Source: Deltaproteobacteria bacterium
Lineage (GTDB): Bacteria > Myxococcota > B64-G9
Assembly: GCA_016935365.1 (NCBI GenBank)
Contig: JAFGRB010000013.1
Span: 15,990 to 79,989 of the forward strand
Direction of reading: 5' to 3'
DNA length: 64,000 bases
In this document: piece after piece, positions 48,161 to 57,432 of the stretch
How the letters are laid out: each line of letters starts with the position of its first letter
How positions within the stretch are numbered: the stretch's first letter is position 1
Notes under the pieces: model-generated
What the model was told of the DNA's origin: nothing
Seen by the model: only the letters and a program-made list of their open reading frames with translations
Databases searched by the model: none
Program-made: the position numbers and the translations under genes

Positions 48161-49504
48161 TTAGGCCTGCTCGTCAGCTTCCTTCTCCGGCGAGATCGGC
48201 GTGTCCGCAAAGAGGATCATCTTCCCCTTGGCGAGGTAGCCCTTGTCCTTGAACGCCTTGTAGAACTCGTCCAGCAGGGCATCGATGTCCGGGAAGCGAT
48301 CGTCCGGATTGTCGCGGGTCATGCGATCGAAGAGGTCGTCGACGGACTTGGGTATGTCCTTGTTGACCTCGGAAGGCAGCCGGGAACGGCGGCCGGGGAG
48401 GTTGCCGGTCAGCATCTCGTAGAGCATGATGCCGAGCGCATAGATGTCGGTCGACGGATTGAGCTCTTCATCGCCTTGCATCTGCTCGGGCGAGAGGTAA
48501 CCGATCGTGCCCGTCACCACGCGTGGAATGGACCGTTTGGCATCGGTCTGGAGCAGGCGCGTCATGCCAAAATCGGTCAGGCGTACGTTCCCGAGCGAGT
48601 CCAGCAAGAGGTTCTCCGGCTTCAGGTTGCCGTGGCAGACGCCGTCCTTGTGCGCCGCCTTCAGGGCGTAGCAGGCCTGCAGGAACCAGACCAGACAATG
48701 CTCGATGTCGGATTCTCCGCTGGCCATGCGGGTCTTCAGATTGCCATCCGGCAAGTACTCCATGACGAAGAACGGATGCGCCACCTCCACGTTCTGGTCG
48801 ATGATCTTGACGATCAGCGGGTGCTGGAGAAGGGCCATCTGGCCGACGACCTCCCGCAGGTGGCGGATCACCTCCGAGCGCTGCAAGAAGTTGAAGTAGG
48901 TGAAGAGCTCCTTGATCTCCTTGATGGCCACGTCGAGCGCCAGGGTGTTGAGACGCCCCTTGAACACGGTGCCGATCCCACCGCTGCCGAGCGACTCGTA
49001 GCGCGTGTACCGGGAGTCGAGCTTCGTGCCCGCATCCCGCGCCTTGGAAGGCGATGGCGCAGGCGGCCTGGCGCGCGGCTTGAAGTCGGCTTCCGGGGCC
49101 GGCTCGGGCTCGGCCGCAGGCTCTGCGGGCATCTCGAGCGAATCCATCGCCTGCTCGATGTCTCCGACCACCTCTTCATCCCCCAGCAGGGCCTGGCCCC
49201 CTTCCACCATGTCTCCGAAGTGCTGACGGAGCTCCTGCTCGAACTCGTCGCTGGAGCCGTCTCGGGCCAGGACCCGCCCCTCATCGGTGGCCGTGAGCGA
49301 GTGATCCCGGCGGTTGATGACCACATAGTTGTATCGCTTCAGGAACTTGAAGTAGTCCGCAAAGTCCAGCGAGAGGCTGCGCCCCATCTTGGCGCTCACG
49401 TCGCTGATGCGCAGGCGGTTGCCGGTCTTGTTCTCGTCGTAGAGGAAGGTCAGGATCTCGCGCATCTCGCCCACGAGCGTATCGAGCTTGACGGTCTTGT
49501 CCAT
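48161..49504 (-). CDS. Ser/Thr kinase-fold protein (predicted pseudokinase) with N-terminal winged-helix-like domain
   Basis: GSGGIG, VAIK, HGNLKPEN, DFG, GTIGYLSPEQ, DIYALG. Confidence 0.88.
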   Translation of the reverse strand: MDKTVKLDTLVGEMREILTFLYDENKTGNRLRISDVSAKMGRSLSLDFADYFKFLKRYNYVVINRRDHSLTATDEGRVLARDGSSDEFEQELRQHFGDMVEGGQALLGDEEVVGDIEQAMDSLEMPAEPAAEPEPAPEADFKPRARPPAPSPSKARDAGTKLDSRYTRYESLGSGGIGTVFKGRLNTLALDVAIKEIKELFTYFNFLQRSEVIRHLREVVGQMALLQHPLIVKIIDQNVEVAHPFFVMEYLPDGNLKTRMASGESDIEHCLVWFLQACYALKAAHKDGVCHGNLKPENLLLDSLGNVRLTDFGMTRLLQTDAKRSIPRVVTGTIGYLSPEQMQGDEELNPSTDIYALGIMLYEMLTGNLPGRRSRLPSEVNKDIPKSVDDLFDRMTRDNPDDRFPDIDALLDEFYKAFKDKGYLAKGKMILFADTPISPEKEADEQA

Positions 49505-49612
49505 GGGGTGCCTCCAGTGGTCTGCGGCCAGGTGAACGTCCTTTGAACTATCAGAGGCATGAATGGGGGTCAAGACCGTTGCCGATCCGATCCTGGCGGT
49601 CCGCAGCGCCCA

Positions 49613-49642
49613 TTGACAGCCCCCTCGGGCTTGCGCTATGAA
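49613..49642 (+). promoter_or_regulatory. Sigma70-like promoter TTGACA-18-TATGAA
   Basis: Upstream of the 49660 ATG. Confidence 0.45.
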
Positions 49643-49659
49643 GCCCGAGGAGGGAATCT

Positions 49660-50727
49660 ATGGGAATCTCGAACCTTGCAGCGATCGCCGCCGGGCTCGT
49701 ATGGCTCGCTCAGGCAGGCGCGACCCCACCGACTCACCTGCTCTGGCACCTGCAACCGGCCGAGGGGGCCAGCCCAGAGCAGACCGCGCAAGCCGAGAGA
49801 GCCATCCGCGCTTTTTTCGGGAAGCGACAGTCCGATCGCCTGATGGACGGTCTGGCCACCGACTCCTTGCTGCAGGTGCAGGGCAACGAGGAGTACATCC
49901 GCTGTGGAACGGGTACGGCCTGCCTCGTGGGGCTGGGCAAGCTGGCCAAGGTCCGATACGTGATCGCGGGTGAAGTGGCGATCCGTGCCGGGCGCACCTT
50001 GACCAAGCTGCTGTTGATCGACTGCCTGCGAGGGAATCGGATCATGGAGTCCGAGGTCGAGTCCAGCGGTCCTCCCGGCACGGATCAGCTGCTCGAGCTC
50101 GAGACCGCCATGTTCGATCCGGAGCGCTATGTGGGCAGCATCGAGCTGACCACCACGGTTCAGGGGGCCACCGTGCTGCTCGACGGTGCCAAGGTGGGCA
50201 TCACGCCCTTGCCGGGCCCGCTGGCCAAGCTGTCGGCTGGAAAGCACGAGCTCGAGGTCACGAAGCCCGGCCACCAGCCCTTCGAGCGTTCGCTGCGGGT
50301 GCCGGTCGGCAAGACGCTCCACGTCGTGGCCATCCTCCACCCGGCGGCGTACCTCAAGATTGAGCCACCGACGCCCTTCTACCTCGACTGGCCTTTCTGG
50401 ACGGCGGCCGGGGCCGGCGTGGCCGGGCTGCTCGCGGGTGGACTGCTGCACCGCGACGCGCTCGTCCTGGACGAAAACGCGGACAAGCTGGAGCGCGCTC
50501 ACCTGGCCGGTGCCGATGCCGAACGCGACAAGGCCTCCACCCGCATGCTGTCCGCGTATATCTTCTATGGGGTAGGCGGTGCCGGCCTGGTGACCGCCGC
50601 CGTCTTCGCCATCCTCGATCTGGCCTCCGGCACCGAGCCCGAGCAGGGCAGCGACTCGGCGAGTCCTGACATCCAGATCGCCCCCGGCCCTGACAGCGCG
50701 ACGATCAGGGCGAGCTGGCGCTTCTGA
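49660..50727 (+). CDS. PEGA domain protein with C-terminal hydrophobic helices and terminal beta-strand
   Basis: Signal peptide; GATVLLDG..VGITP...GKHELEVTKPG; ends IRASWRF. Confidence 0.85.
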   Translation: MGISNLAAIAAGLVWLAQAGATPPTHLLWHLQPAEGASPEQTAQAERAIRAFFGKRQSDRLMDGLATDSLLQVQGNEEYIRCGTGTACLVGLGKLAKVRYVIAGEVAIRAGRTLTKLLLIDCLRGNRIMESEVESSGPPGTDQLLELETAMFDPERYVGSIELTTTVQGATVLLDGAKVGITPLPGPLAKLSAGKHELEVTKPGHQPFERSLRVPVGKTLHVVAILHPAAYLKIEPPTPFYLDWPFWTAAGAGVAGLLAGGLLHRDALVLDENADKLERAHLAGADAERDKASTRMLSAYIFYGVGGAGLVTAAVFAILDLASGTEPEQGSDSASPDIQIAPGPDSATIRASWRF

Positions 50728-50750
50728 TCCGGTCTCTTCAGGAGGTACCC

Positions 50751-52343
50751 ATGAGAACGACCCTCGTCGTCATCTCCGCCATCGTGCTCGGGCTCGTCCT
50801 GCCGGCCTGTGGCGGAGGCAGCTCGGAGGTGGACGCGGGCAGCGATGCGGGTGAGATGCCCTGCGATCTGACCGACAACCCCTGCCCGGAAGGCCAGCGG
50901 TGCACCCAGCAGCAGACGTGCGTAGATGCCGATCCGCTGCAGATTGTCACCGAGTCCCTGCCCAGCGGCCGGGTCAACTTCGGTTATGACGCCCGCGTGC
51001 AGGCGGAGGGCGGCCTCGAGCCCTACCGCTGGGAGATCGCCGAGGCGGCGGCAGGGCTCGAGTTCTTGAGCATCAGCTCGAGCGGCCGGCTGACCGGCAC
51101 GCCGGATCAAGTGGTCCAGGACGCGACGATCCGCATTGCGGTGATCGATTCGGGCTACGGCGGCGGCGAGCGCAGCGAGCGGCAGTTCACCATCTCCGTC
51201 ATTCTGTGCAACGACGGCGATCGCGAGCTCTGCTACGGCCCGAGCGAAGGCGTCTGCTATCAGGGCATCCGCATCTGCGAGGGCGGCCAGATGGGAGCGT
51301 GCACGATCGGCAGCACGCCCTCGACGGATCCGCTGCAATGCGGAGCGGACTGCAGCCCCTGCGACAACGCGGTCGCGGATGCGTGCACCGAGGGTCTGTG
51401 CACCTGCGGCACCGGGCCCGTCTGCGAGGGCGGACTGAGATGCTGCGAAGGCGAGTGCATCGACGTCTCGAGCGACGTGGAGAACTGCGGCTCGTGCTTC
51501 CACGATTGCCATCTGGCCATCGCCCACGCGGAGCAGGCCGTGGTGTCCTGCGAGCAGGGCTCGTGCGATTACACCGGCCCTTGCGACCACGGCTGGCTGG
51601 ACTGCGACACGCGGCGCAACAACGGCTGCGAGCGACCGGTCGACGTGCACAACTGCGGCGAGTGTGCGCTCGACTGCGACCAGCTGGTCTCGCACGTGTC
51701 CTCGTCCCAGCGCCAGTGCCAGGACCTGGGCGACGCCTTCGTCTGCGACTACACCGGCACATGCAACCAGGACTTCGACGACTGCGATTCGAATCGCAGC
51801 AACGGTTGCGAGACGTATCTGAACGAGACGGACCACTGCGGCTCCTGCAGCAACGACTGCGGAGACAGCCAGGCGGGCGGGCTGTGCCTGAGTCCGGATC
51901 CGACCAACCTCTACTTCCACGAGTGCGGCTGTCGCTTCGACACGGCAAGCGGCGAGGCGGTGGGCTGCCCGGCGGGCGACATCTGCTGCCGGCGCGAGGA
52001 CTGCCAGGACTGCACCCGCTGGTGCACTGATCCCGCCAGTGACTCGATCAACTGCGGGGTCTGCGACGCAGAGTGCGGTGCCGGCGAAAGCTGCAGCCTG
52101 GGTGCTTGTACTTGCGGTCAGACCGGCACCTGCCCTGCATCATCCGGCGCGACGAGCTGCCAGAGCGGCCAGTGCGTTTGCGCCGAGTCGGGAGCCGGCG
52201 ACGCGCCTTGCCAGCCGGGCTGGTTCTGCTGCGACGGGACCCAGGGGGGCACCGGCGGCTCCGAGCAGGGCGATCCGGACATCGGCTGCTGCCGCAAGCT
52301 CTGCGGCCAGAACGAGTGGGAGAGCTTTCCCTGCGTTCTGTGA
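50751..52343 (+). CDS. Cys-rich lipoprotein with Ig-like domain and Stig1-like repeats
   Basis: LPAC lipobox; ITESLP-like..GG..PYRW Ig-like unit; DxxNCGxC and DCDxxxxNGCE repeats. Confidence 0.85.
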   Translation: MRTTLVVISAIVLGLVLPACGGGSSEVDAGSDAGEMPCDLTDNPCPEGQRCTQQQTCVDADPLQIVTESLPSGRVNFGYDARVQAEGGLEPYRWEIAEAAAGLEFLSISSSGRLTGTPDQVVQDATIRIAVIDSGYGGGERSERQFTISVILCNDGDRELCYGPSEGVCYQGIRICEGGQMGACTIGSTPSTDPLQCGADCSPCDNAVADACTEGLCTCGTGPVCEGGLRCCEGECIDVSSDVENCGSCFHDCHLAIAHAEQAVVSCEQGSCDYTGPCDHGWLDCDTRRNNGCERPVDVHNCGECALDCDQLVSHVSSSQRQCQDLGDAFVCDYTGTCNQDFDDCDSNRSNGCETYLNETDHCGSCSNDCGDSQAGGLCLSPDPTNLYFHECGCRFDTASGEAVGCPAGDICCRREDCQDCTRWCTDPASDSINCGVCDAECGAGESCSLGACTCGQTGTCPASSGATSCQSGQCVCAESGAGDAPCQPGWFCCDGTQGGTGGSEQGDPDIGCCRKLCGQNEWESFPCVL

Positions 52344-52388
52344 GCGGGTTGCCCGCTCTGCGGAGCGAAGCCGCGCGCGGAGATCGAG

Positions 52389-53858
52389 ATGCCTCTCTGG
52401 ATGATCCTGGCGCCCGTGTTCCTGCCCCCTCTTCCGGCCCCCGATATCGAGGGGCCGGTGGCGGTGCTGGCGCTCGTCTCCGGCCAGGATGCCGATCTTC
52501 TCGATCTGGCTCGGGAGATACAGGCTCGTCTCGAAGCGCAGTCGAGCTCCGTGGAGGTGATCGTGGCGGCTGCGCTCGCCGAGCGGCTCGGCACGGGTCC
52601 CCTGGACGGGCAGGCGGAGGACCTGGCCGGTCTCCAGAACCTCTTCGATGAGGCCTACCTGCACAGCTATAGCTTCGAGAACGAGCAGGCGATCGCCAAG
52701 CTCAGAGAGCTCCTCGAGCGCCTGGCTCGCCTGCAGCCGAGCCCGGAGCGCTGGCGGCTCTTCGTCAGGTCCCAGATCTTTCTCGGCATCGCCCTGGCTG
52801 GGCTCAAGCGCGAGTCGGACGCGATGCGGGCCTTTGCCACCGTGCTCAGGACCCGGCCTGAACTCGAGCTGACGCGCCAGGAGTACTCAGGCAAGACCAT
52901 CGCCCTGTGGAACAAGGCACGCCAGCGTCTTGCATCCCTGCCCACCGGTACACTCGAGGTGCAGACCGAGCGCAAAGGAGCCCAGGTCCTGCTCGATGGC
53001 GTGCACTTCGGCACGACGCCTTTCTCCAGGGAGATCTTCCAGGGGCGCTATGATCTCCGCGTCGAGCATCCGGACGAGGGCAGCGCATCCCGCTGGGTGA
53101 CCGTCGGAGCGGGCAAAACCCAGCTGCGGATGGACCTGCTGTTCGAGGGCGCCATCCGCCGCTTCGGACCGCAGCCCGCCATCGAGCTTCCCGCGGGCCA
53201 GCGCCATCTTCCCGAGCACTGGTACCCGTGGCTCGCCAGGCGCCTCGGCGCGCCGCGCCTGATCGCCGTCAGGCGCGATCCTTCAGGCGCGCACGCCTTT
53301 CACGGCGCACTGATCCATCTGGCCACCGGCGCCGTCGAGCGGGAGGCGCACTTCGACCTGACCGGTGAAGAGCTGGCCGCCGCAGCGGCCGAGCTGGCCG
53401 CTTTCCTGCTGTCGGGCCAGGCGAGTGCCCGGCTGCGGATCCCCGCGGTCTCGCCGCTCGCCAAGGCCGAGGAGCCCGAGCCGCTCGCCGCCCTGGTGCC
53501 GGAGCTGCCCGACTCGCAAGTCGCATCCAGCCGCCCGTGGTACCGGCGCTGGTGGGTCTACAGCCTGGGCGCCGCGGCGCTGCTGGGAGGCGGGATCGGT
53601 GCCCACGCGGCCTCGGTCCACTACCAGCATCAGGCGGACGCGTCTCTGGTCCAGAGCGTGAGGAACGACAACCAGCGTCTGGCCGACGCGATGCTGGGTA
53701 CCGCCATCGGCGCATACTGTCTGGCGGGCGCGGCCGTGGCGATCGGGCTGGCGCTCGACTGGACCTACCGCGGCGATGCCGAAGACGGACCGACGCATAC
53801 GGCCCGGATCGCGCCCGCCGCGGCCGGCCTCGGCCTGCAGCTGGGCGGGCGGTTCTAG
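52389..53858 (+). CDS. TPR-like/PEGA domain protein with C-terminal hydrophobic helices and terminal beta-strand
   Basis: GAQVLLDG..FGTTP, PWYRRWW, ends LGLQLGGRF. Confidence 0.85.
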   Translation: MPLWMILAPVFLPPLPAPDIEGPVAVLALVSGQDADLLDLAREIQARLEAQSSSVEVIVAAALAERLGTGPLDGQAEDLAGLQNLFDEAYLHSYSFENEQAIAKLRELLERLARLQPSPERWRLFVRSQIFLGIALAGLKRESDAMRAFATVLRTRPELELTRQEYSGKTIALWNKARQRLASLPTGTLEVQTERKGAQVLLDGVHFGTTPFSREIFQGRYDLRVEHPDEGSASRWVTVGAGKTQLRMDLLFEGAIRRFGPQPAIELPAGQRHLPEHWYPWLARRLGAPRLIAVRRDPSGAHAFHGALIHLATGAVEREAHFDLTGEELAAAAAELAAFLLSGQASARLRIPAVSPLAKAEEPEPLAALVPELPDSQVASSRPWYRRWWVYSLGAAALLGGGIGAHAASVHYQHQADASLVQSVRNDNQRLADAMLGTAIGAYCLAGAAVAIGLALDWTYRGDAEDGPTHTARIAPAAAGLGLQLGGRF

Positions 53859-53943
53859 CCGAGCTGGCATCGATTGCGTTTGGATCGACATCTCGACCCG
53901 CCGGGGCTTTGCGGTCGAGCGATGGAGACGGACATCCGGGGGG

Positions 53944-54468
53944 TCAGAGCTGGGCCTGCACCTGCTCGGCCAGCCCGGGCAGGTGATCGAGCAGGCCCTC
54001 GATCCGTTCCACGTCCACCTCGTGGGCCAGGCGGGTCTTCAAGGCGCCCGACTTGCCATCGTAGATGCCCACCCCGAAGACGTAACGCCGGCCCACCCTG
54101 GACAGGGTGACCTGGATGACCGTGTCCGCTTCCGTGATCCTGCCGATCTGGGACATGCAGTCCTCGCTGTCGCAGTCCCCGAGCAAGATCTGCTGCTGCT
54201 TGTGCTGGAACATGGCCTTGATGTCGCTCGAGCACAGGGAGTTGACCCCCCGCTGCTGCAGGTTCGTGCAGAACGACTCCTCGATGCCGCCGGCGTCGTC
54301 TTTCTCGATCCCCTCGGCGGTAAAGGGCCTGACCACGACCCGGGCCTTGCCCTCCTTCGCGCTGGCGTGGCTGACCGTGGTCTTGGTCCCGCCGTGTCCC
54401 TCGCAGGCCGGCAGCAGCGTGTAGATCAAGAGGCCTAGCCAGGCCGGAATCGTCATTCGGATCTTCAT
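53944..54468 (-). CDS. Hypothetical lipoprotein (TolB-N/CsgG-like alpha/beta fold)
   Basis: LLPAC lipobox; CDSEDCMSQIGR..ADTVI..TLSRVG pattern. Confidence 0.75.
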   Translation of the reverse strand: MKIRMTIPAWLGLLIYTLLPACEGHGGTKTTVSHASAKEGKARVVVRPFTAEGIEKDDAGGIEESFCTNLQQRGVNSLCSSDIKAMFQHKQQQILLGDCDSEDCMSQIGRITEADTVIQVTLSRVGRRYVFGVGIYDGKSGALKTRLAHEVDVERIEGLLDHLPGLAEQVQAQL

Positions 54469-55073
54469 TTGCTTCCTCCCTCTCGATTTTCACTCTCGCC
54501 CTCCACCGGCTCCAGGGGCCCGACCTGCACGCCCAGATGCTTCTGCAGCTCGGCCAGCGGAAAGGGCTTGGTCTGCTCATTGTACCCCACCCGCACCTTC
54601 AGGATCACTCCTTTCCCGTCCAGGATGAACATGGTCGGAAAGGACTTGACCTCGTATCGCCTCTGCAGGGCCTGGAAGCGATCCTTGCACACGGGAAAGG
54701 ACAGCCTCGCCTCCTGGTTGACGTAGCGGGTCACCGCCTCGATCTTGTCCGGCTTGAAGTCGCAGTTGACCGCCACCACGGCCAGGCCCCGGGTCCCGTA
54801 CAGCTCGTGAAGCCGTTGCAGGAAAGGCAGCTCCTTCCGGCAGGGCTTGCAGTCGATGTCGAAGAAGCTCAGCACGATGACTTTCCTGGGCTGGCTGGCC
54901 TTCGCGCCCACCAGATCGTTGAGCACGAAGCGGGCGACCTTGGAGAGCTCCGGGTTGTACGTGGGCAGGAAGAAACGCGGCGCCGGCTGGCCCTCGGCGA
55001 GCTCCCCGGCCCCGGCGGCAGGCAGCAGCGCGAGCCACGCCGCAGCCGAGAGCGCGATGCGTGCGAACGTCAT
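54465..55073 (-). CDS. TlpA/ResA-type thiol-disulfide oxidoreductase
   Basis: Signal peptide; FFDIDCKPCRKELP; cis-Pro loop SFPT. Confidence 0.9.
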   Translation of the reverse strand: MTFARIALSAAAWLALLPAAGAGELAEGQPAPRFFLPTYNPELSKVARFVLNDLVGAKASQPRKVIVLSFFDIDCKPCRKELPFLQRLHELYGTRGLAVVAVNCDFKPDKIEAVTRYVNQEARLSFPVCKDRFQALQRRYEVKSFPTMFILDGKGVILKVRVGYNEQTKPFPLAELQKHLGVQVGPLEPVEGESENREGGSK

Positions 55074-56347
55074 CTGGACCTCACCTCCCCGGCCAGCAGC
55101 TCGGCCAGCTCGTCGAGCGGCACGCTGCGCTGCTTGGCCGCCGAGTCGGTCGCGGCGGTCATGTCCTTGACCGTCACCGTGCCGGCCTCCAGCTCCTCGT
55201 CTCCGATCAGCAGCACGAAGCGCGCGCCGGCCTTGTCGGCTCGTTTCATCTGGGACTTGAGGCTGCCGAGGCGCACGTCGCTCGTGACGCACAGGCCCCG
55301 GCGGCGCAAGCCCTGCACCATACCCAGGCTGGCCTCCCAGGCGGCCTGGCCGCGCGTGGCCACGAAGACGAGATCCGGCCCGGCCGGCAGGCGCGATCCG
55401 CTCAGCATGAGCATGATCCGATCCAGCCCGGCCGCGAAGCCCACGGCCGGCACCTCCGGCCCGCCCAGCGCCTCGACCAGCCCGTCGTAGCGCCCGCCGG
55501 CCGCCACGGCGTTCTGGGCCCCCAGCTCGCCCGAGAGCAGCTCGAAGGTGGTTCGCGTGTAGTAGTCCAGCCCGCGCACCATGCGATGGTTGACCCGGTG
55601 GGCGATCGAGAGCGCCTCCAGCCCGGCGCGGACCGCGTCGAAGTGGTCCCGGCACGCCGCGCACAGACCGTCGAGCGTATGCGGCGCACCGTCCGCCACC
55701 CGGGCGCAGCCCTCCTGCTTGCAGTCCAGCACGCGCAGCGGATTGGTCGCGAGCCGGCGCTGGCAGTCCTCGCACAGGCTGTCCTCGCGGGTGCGCAGGT
55801 AGGCGACCAGGCTCTCGCGGTAGGCCGGCCGGCAGGCCGGGCAGCCGAGCGAGTTGAGCTCCAGCGAGCAGCCGGAGAGCCCCAGGCTCGCGGCCAGCTC
55901 GACCATCAGGTCGATGAGCTCCACGTCGGCCGCCGGGCCCTCGGCGCCGAGCAGCTCGGCGCCCACCTGGTGAAACTGGCGATAGCGGCCCTTCTGGGGG
56001 CGCTCGTGGCGGAACATGGGGCCCATGTAGTACCAGCGGCTGACGGGCTCGCTGCGCTCGACGTGGTTCTCGATGTAGGCGCGCACCGCGGACGCCGTGC
56101 CCTCGGGCCGGAGGGTGAGCTGGCTGCCGTCCCGGTCGCTGAAGCTGTACATCTCCTTGGCCACGATGTCGGTCTCGGTGCCGATCGAGCGGGCGAAGAG
56201 CTCGGACTGCTCCAGGATCGGGGTGCGGATCTCCGCGTAGCCGAAGCGCGCGCAGACCGAGGACAGCTGGCTCTCCATCCAGCGCCAGGCCGCGCTCTGC
56301 TCCGGCAGGATGTCCCGCATGCCTCGAATGATCCGGATCGGCTCCAC
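55070..56347 (-). CDS. hisS: Histidine--tRNA ligase
   Basis: RGMRD, LRPEGTA, FRHERPQKGRYRQFHQ, RGLDYY, GGRYD. Confidence 0.97.
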   Translation of the reverse strand: MEPIRIIRGMRDILPEQSAAWRWMESQLSSVCARFGYAEIRTPILEQSELFARSIGTETDIVAKEMYSFSDRDGSQLTLRPEGTASAVRAYIENHVERSEPVSRWYYMGPMFRHERPQKGRYRQFHQVGAELLGAEGPAADVELIDLMVELAASLGLSGCSLELNSLGCPACRPAYRESLVAYLRTREDSLCEDCQRRLATNPLRVLDCKQEGCARVADGAPHTLDGLCAACRDHFDAVRAGLEALSIAHRVNHRMVRGLDYYTRTTFELLSGELGAQNAVAAGGRYDGLVEALGGPEVPAVGFAAGLDRIMLMLSGSRLPAGPDLVFVATRGQAAWEASLGMVQGLRRRGLCVTSDVRLGSLKSQMKRADKAGARFVLLIGDEELEAGTVTVKDMTAATDSAAKQRSVPLDELAELLAGEVRSR

Positions 56348-56407
56348 CTTGTGCTCCCCGCATCCTCAGACGCAGCCCGAATGCAGCGATTCACCCGGGC
56401 GCAGGGC

Positions 56408-56437
56408 AATCTAGCAACCGGCGCCCCGAAATGTCAA
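56408..56437 (-). promoter_or_regulatory. hisS promoter TTGACA-18-TAGATT (extended TG)
   Basis: About 60 bp upstream of the hisS GTG. Confidence 0.55.
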
Positions 56438-56497
56438 TCGAGCGCCTTGATGGCCCCTCCCTTCCCGGAATACACTCCGCTTCCCGGAGGGACACTC

Positions 56498-57421
56498 ATG
56501 CCAGAAGCACATCGCTACGCCACTCTGGACGTGGGCTCCAACTCGGTGCTGCTGCACGTGGCCGAGCGACGGCCCGACGGCAGCTTCACCGGCCTGGCGG
56601 ACCGGGTCGAGCTCAGCCGCCTGGGAGAAGGGCTGAAGGACACGGGCCGCTTCAGCGAGCCGGCCATGGACCGAACCCTGGAGGCCATCTGCCGCTTCAA
56701 GGCGCTGGCCGACGAGCTGGGCGCCGAGGCCGTCGCGGCCGTGGGCACGATGGCCATGCGCAATGCGGCCAACGCCCGGGACTTCGCCGAGCAGGTGCGC
56801 TCGCGCTGCGGGGTGGACATCGAGGTCATCCCCGGCGAGGAGGAGGCGCGGCTGGGCTACCTGGCCGTCCGATCCGGCCTGCCCGCAGAGCTCCTGCGGC
56901 TCGTCGTCATGGACGTGGGCGGGGGCTCGACCGAGCTCATCCGCGGCTCGGGCCAGGCCATCGAGCACCGCCAGAGCCTGAACGTGGGCTCCCTGCACAT
57001 GACCGAGCAGCACCTCGTCCACGACCCGGTGCTGCCCGAGGAGCTCCGGGCTCTGCGGCAGGCGCTGCAGCAGGCCTTTGCGGATCTCGAGGCGGTGGAT
57101 GCGGACACGGGCCTGGTGGGCATCGGCGGCACGATCACGAACATGTGCGCGGTCGAGCTGAAGATGGAGGTCTACGATCCGGAGCGCATCCAGACGAGCT
57201 GTCTGAGCCGCGAGGCCGTGGAGGCGCAGCTCGAGCGCTATGCTGCCAGCAGCGTGGCCGAGCGCCGCGCGATCGCGGGCCTGCAGCCCAAGCGCGCGGA
57301 CACCATCCTGGCGGGCGCGGCCATCGTGGCCGCGGTCATGGACAGGCTCGCGTTCGAGAGCCTGTGCGTCTCTGACCGGGGCGTCCGCCACGGCCTGCTG
57401 GTGGACCGCTTCGGAGCCTGA
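56498..57421 (+). CDS. Ppx/GppA family phosphatase (short form)
   Basis: DVGSNS, RLGEG, GEEEA, DVGGGSTE, GIGGT, GVRHG. Confidence 0.92.
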   Translation: MPEAHRYATLDVGSNSVLLHVAERRPDGSFTGLADRVELSRLGEGLKDTGRFSEPAMDRTLEAICRFKALADELGAEAVAAVGTMAMRNAANARDFAEQVRSRCGVDIEVIPGEEEARLGYLAVRSGLPAELLRLVVMDVGGGSTELIRGSGQAIEHRQSLNVGSLHMTEQHLVHDPVLPEELRALRQALQQAFADLEAVDADTGLVGIGGTITNMCAVELKMEVYDPERIQTSCLSREAVEAQLERYAASSVAERRAIAGLQPKRADTILAGAAIVAAVMDRLAFESLCVSDRGVRHGLLVDRFGA

Positions 57422-57432
57422 TCGAGAAACGC

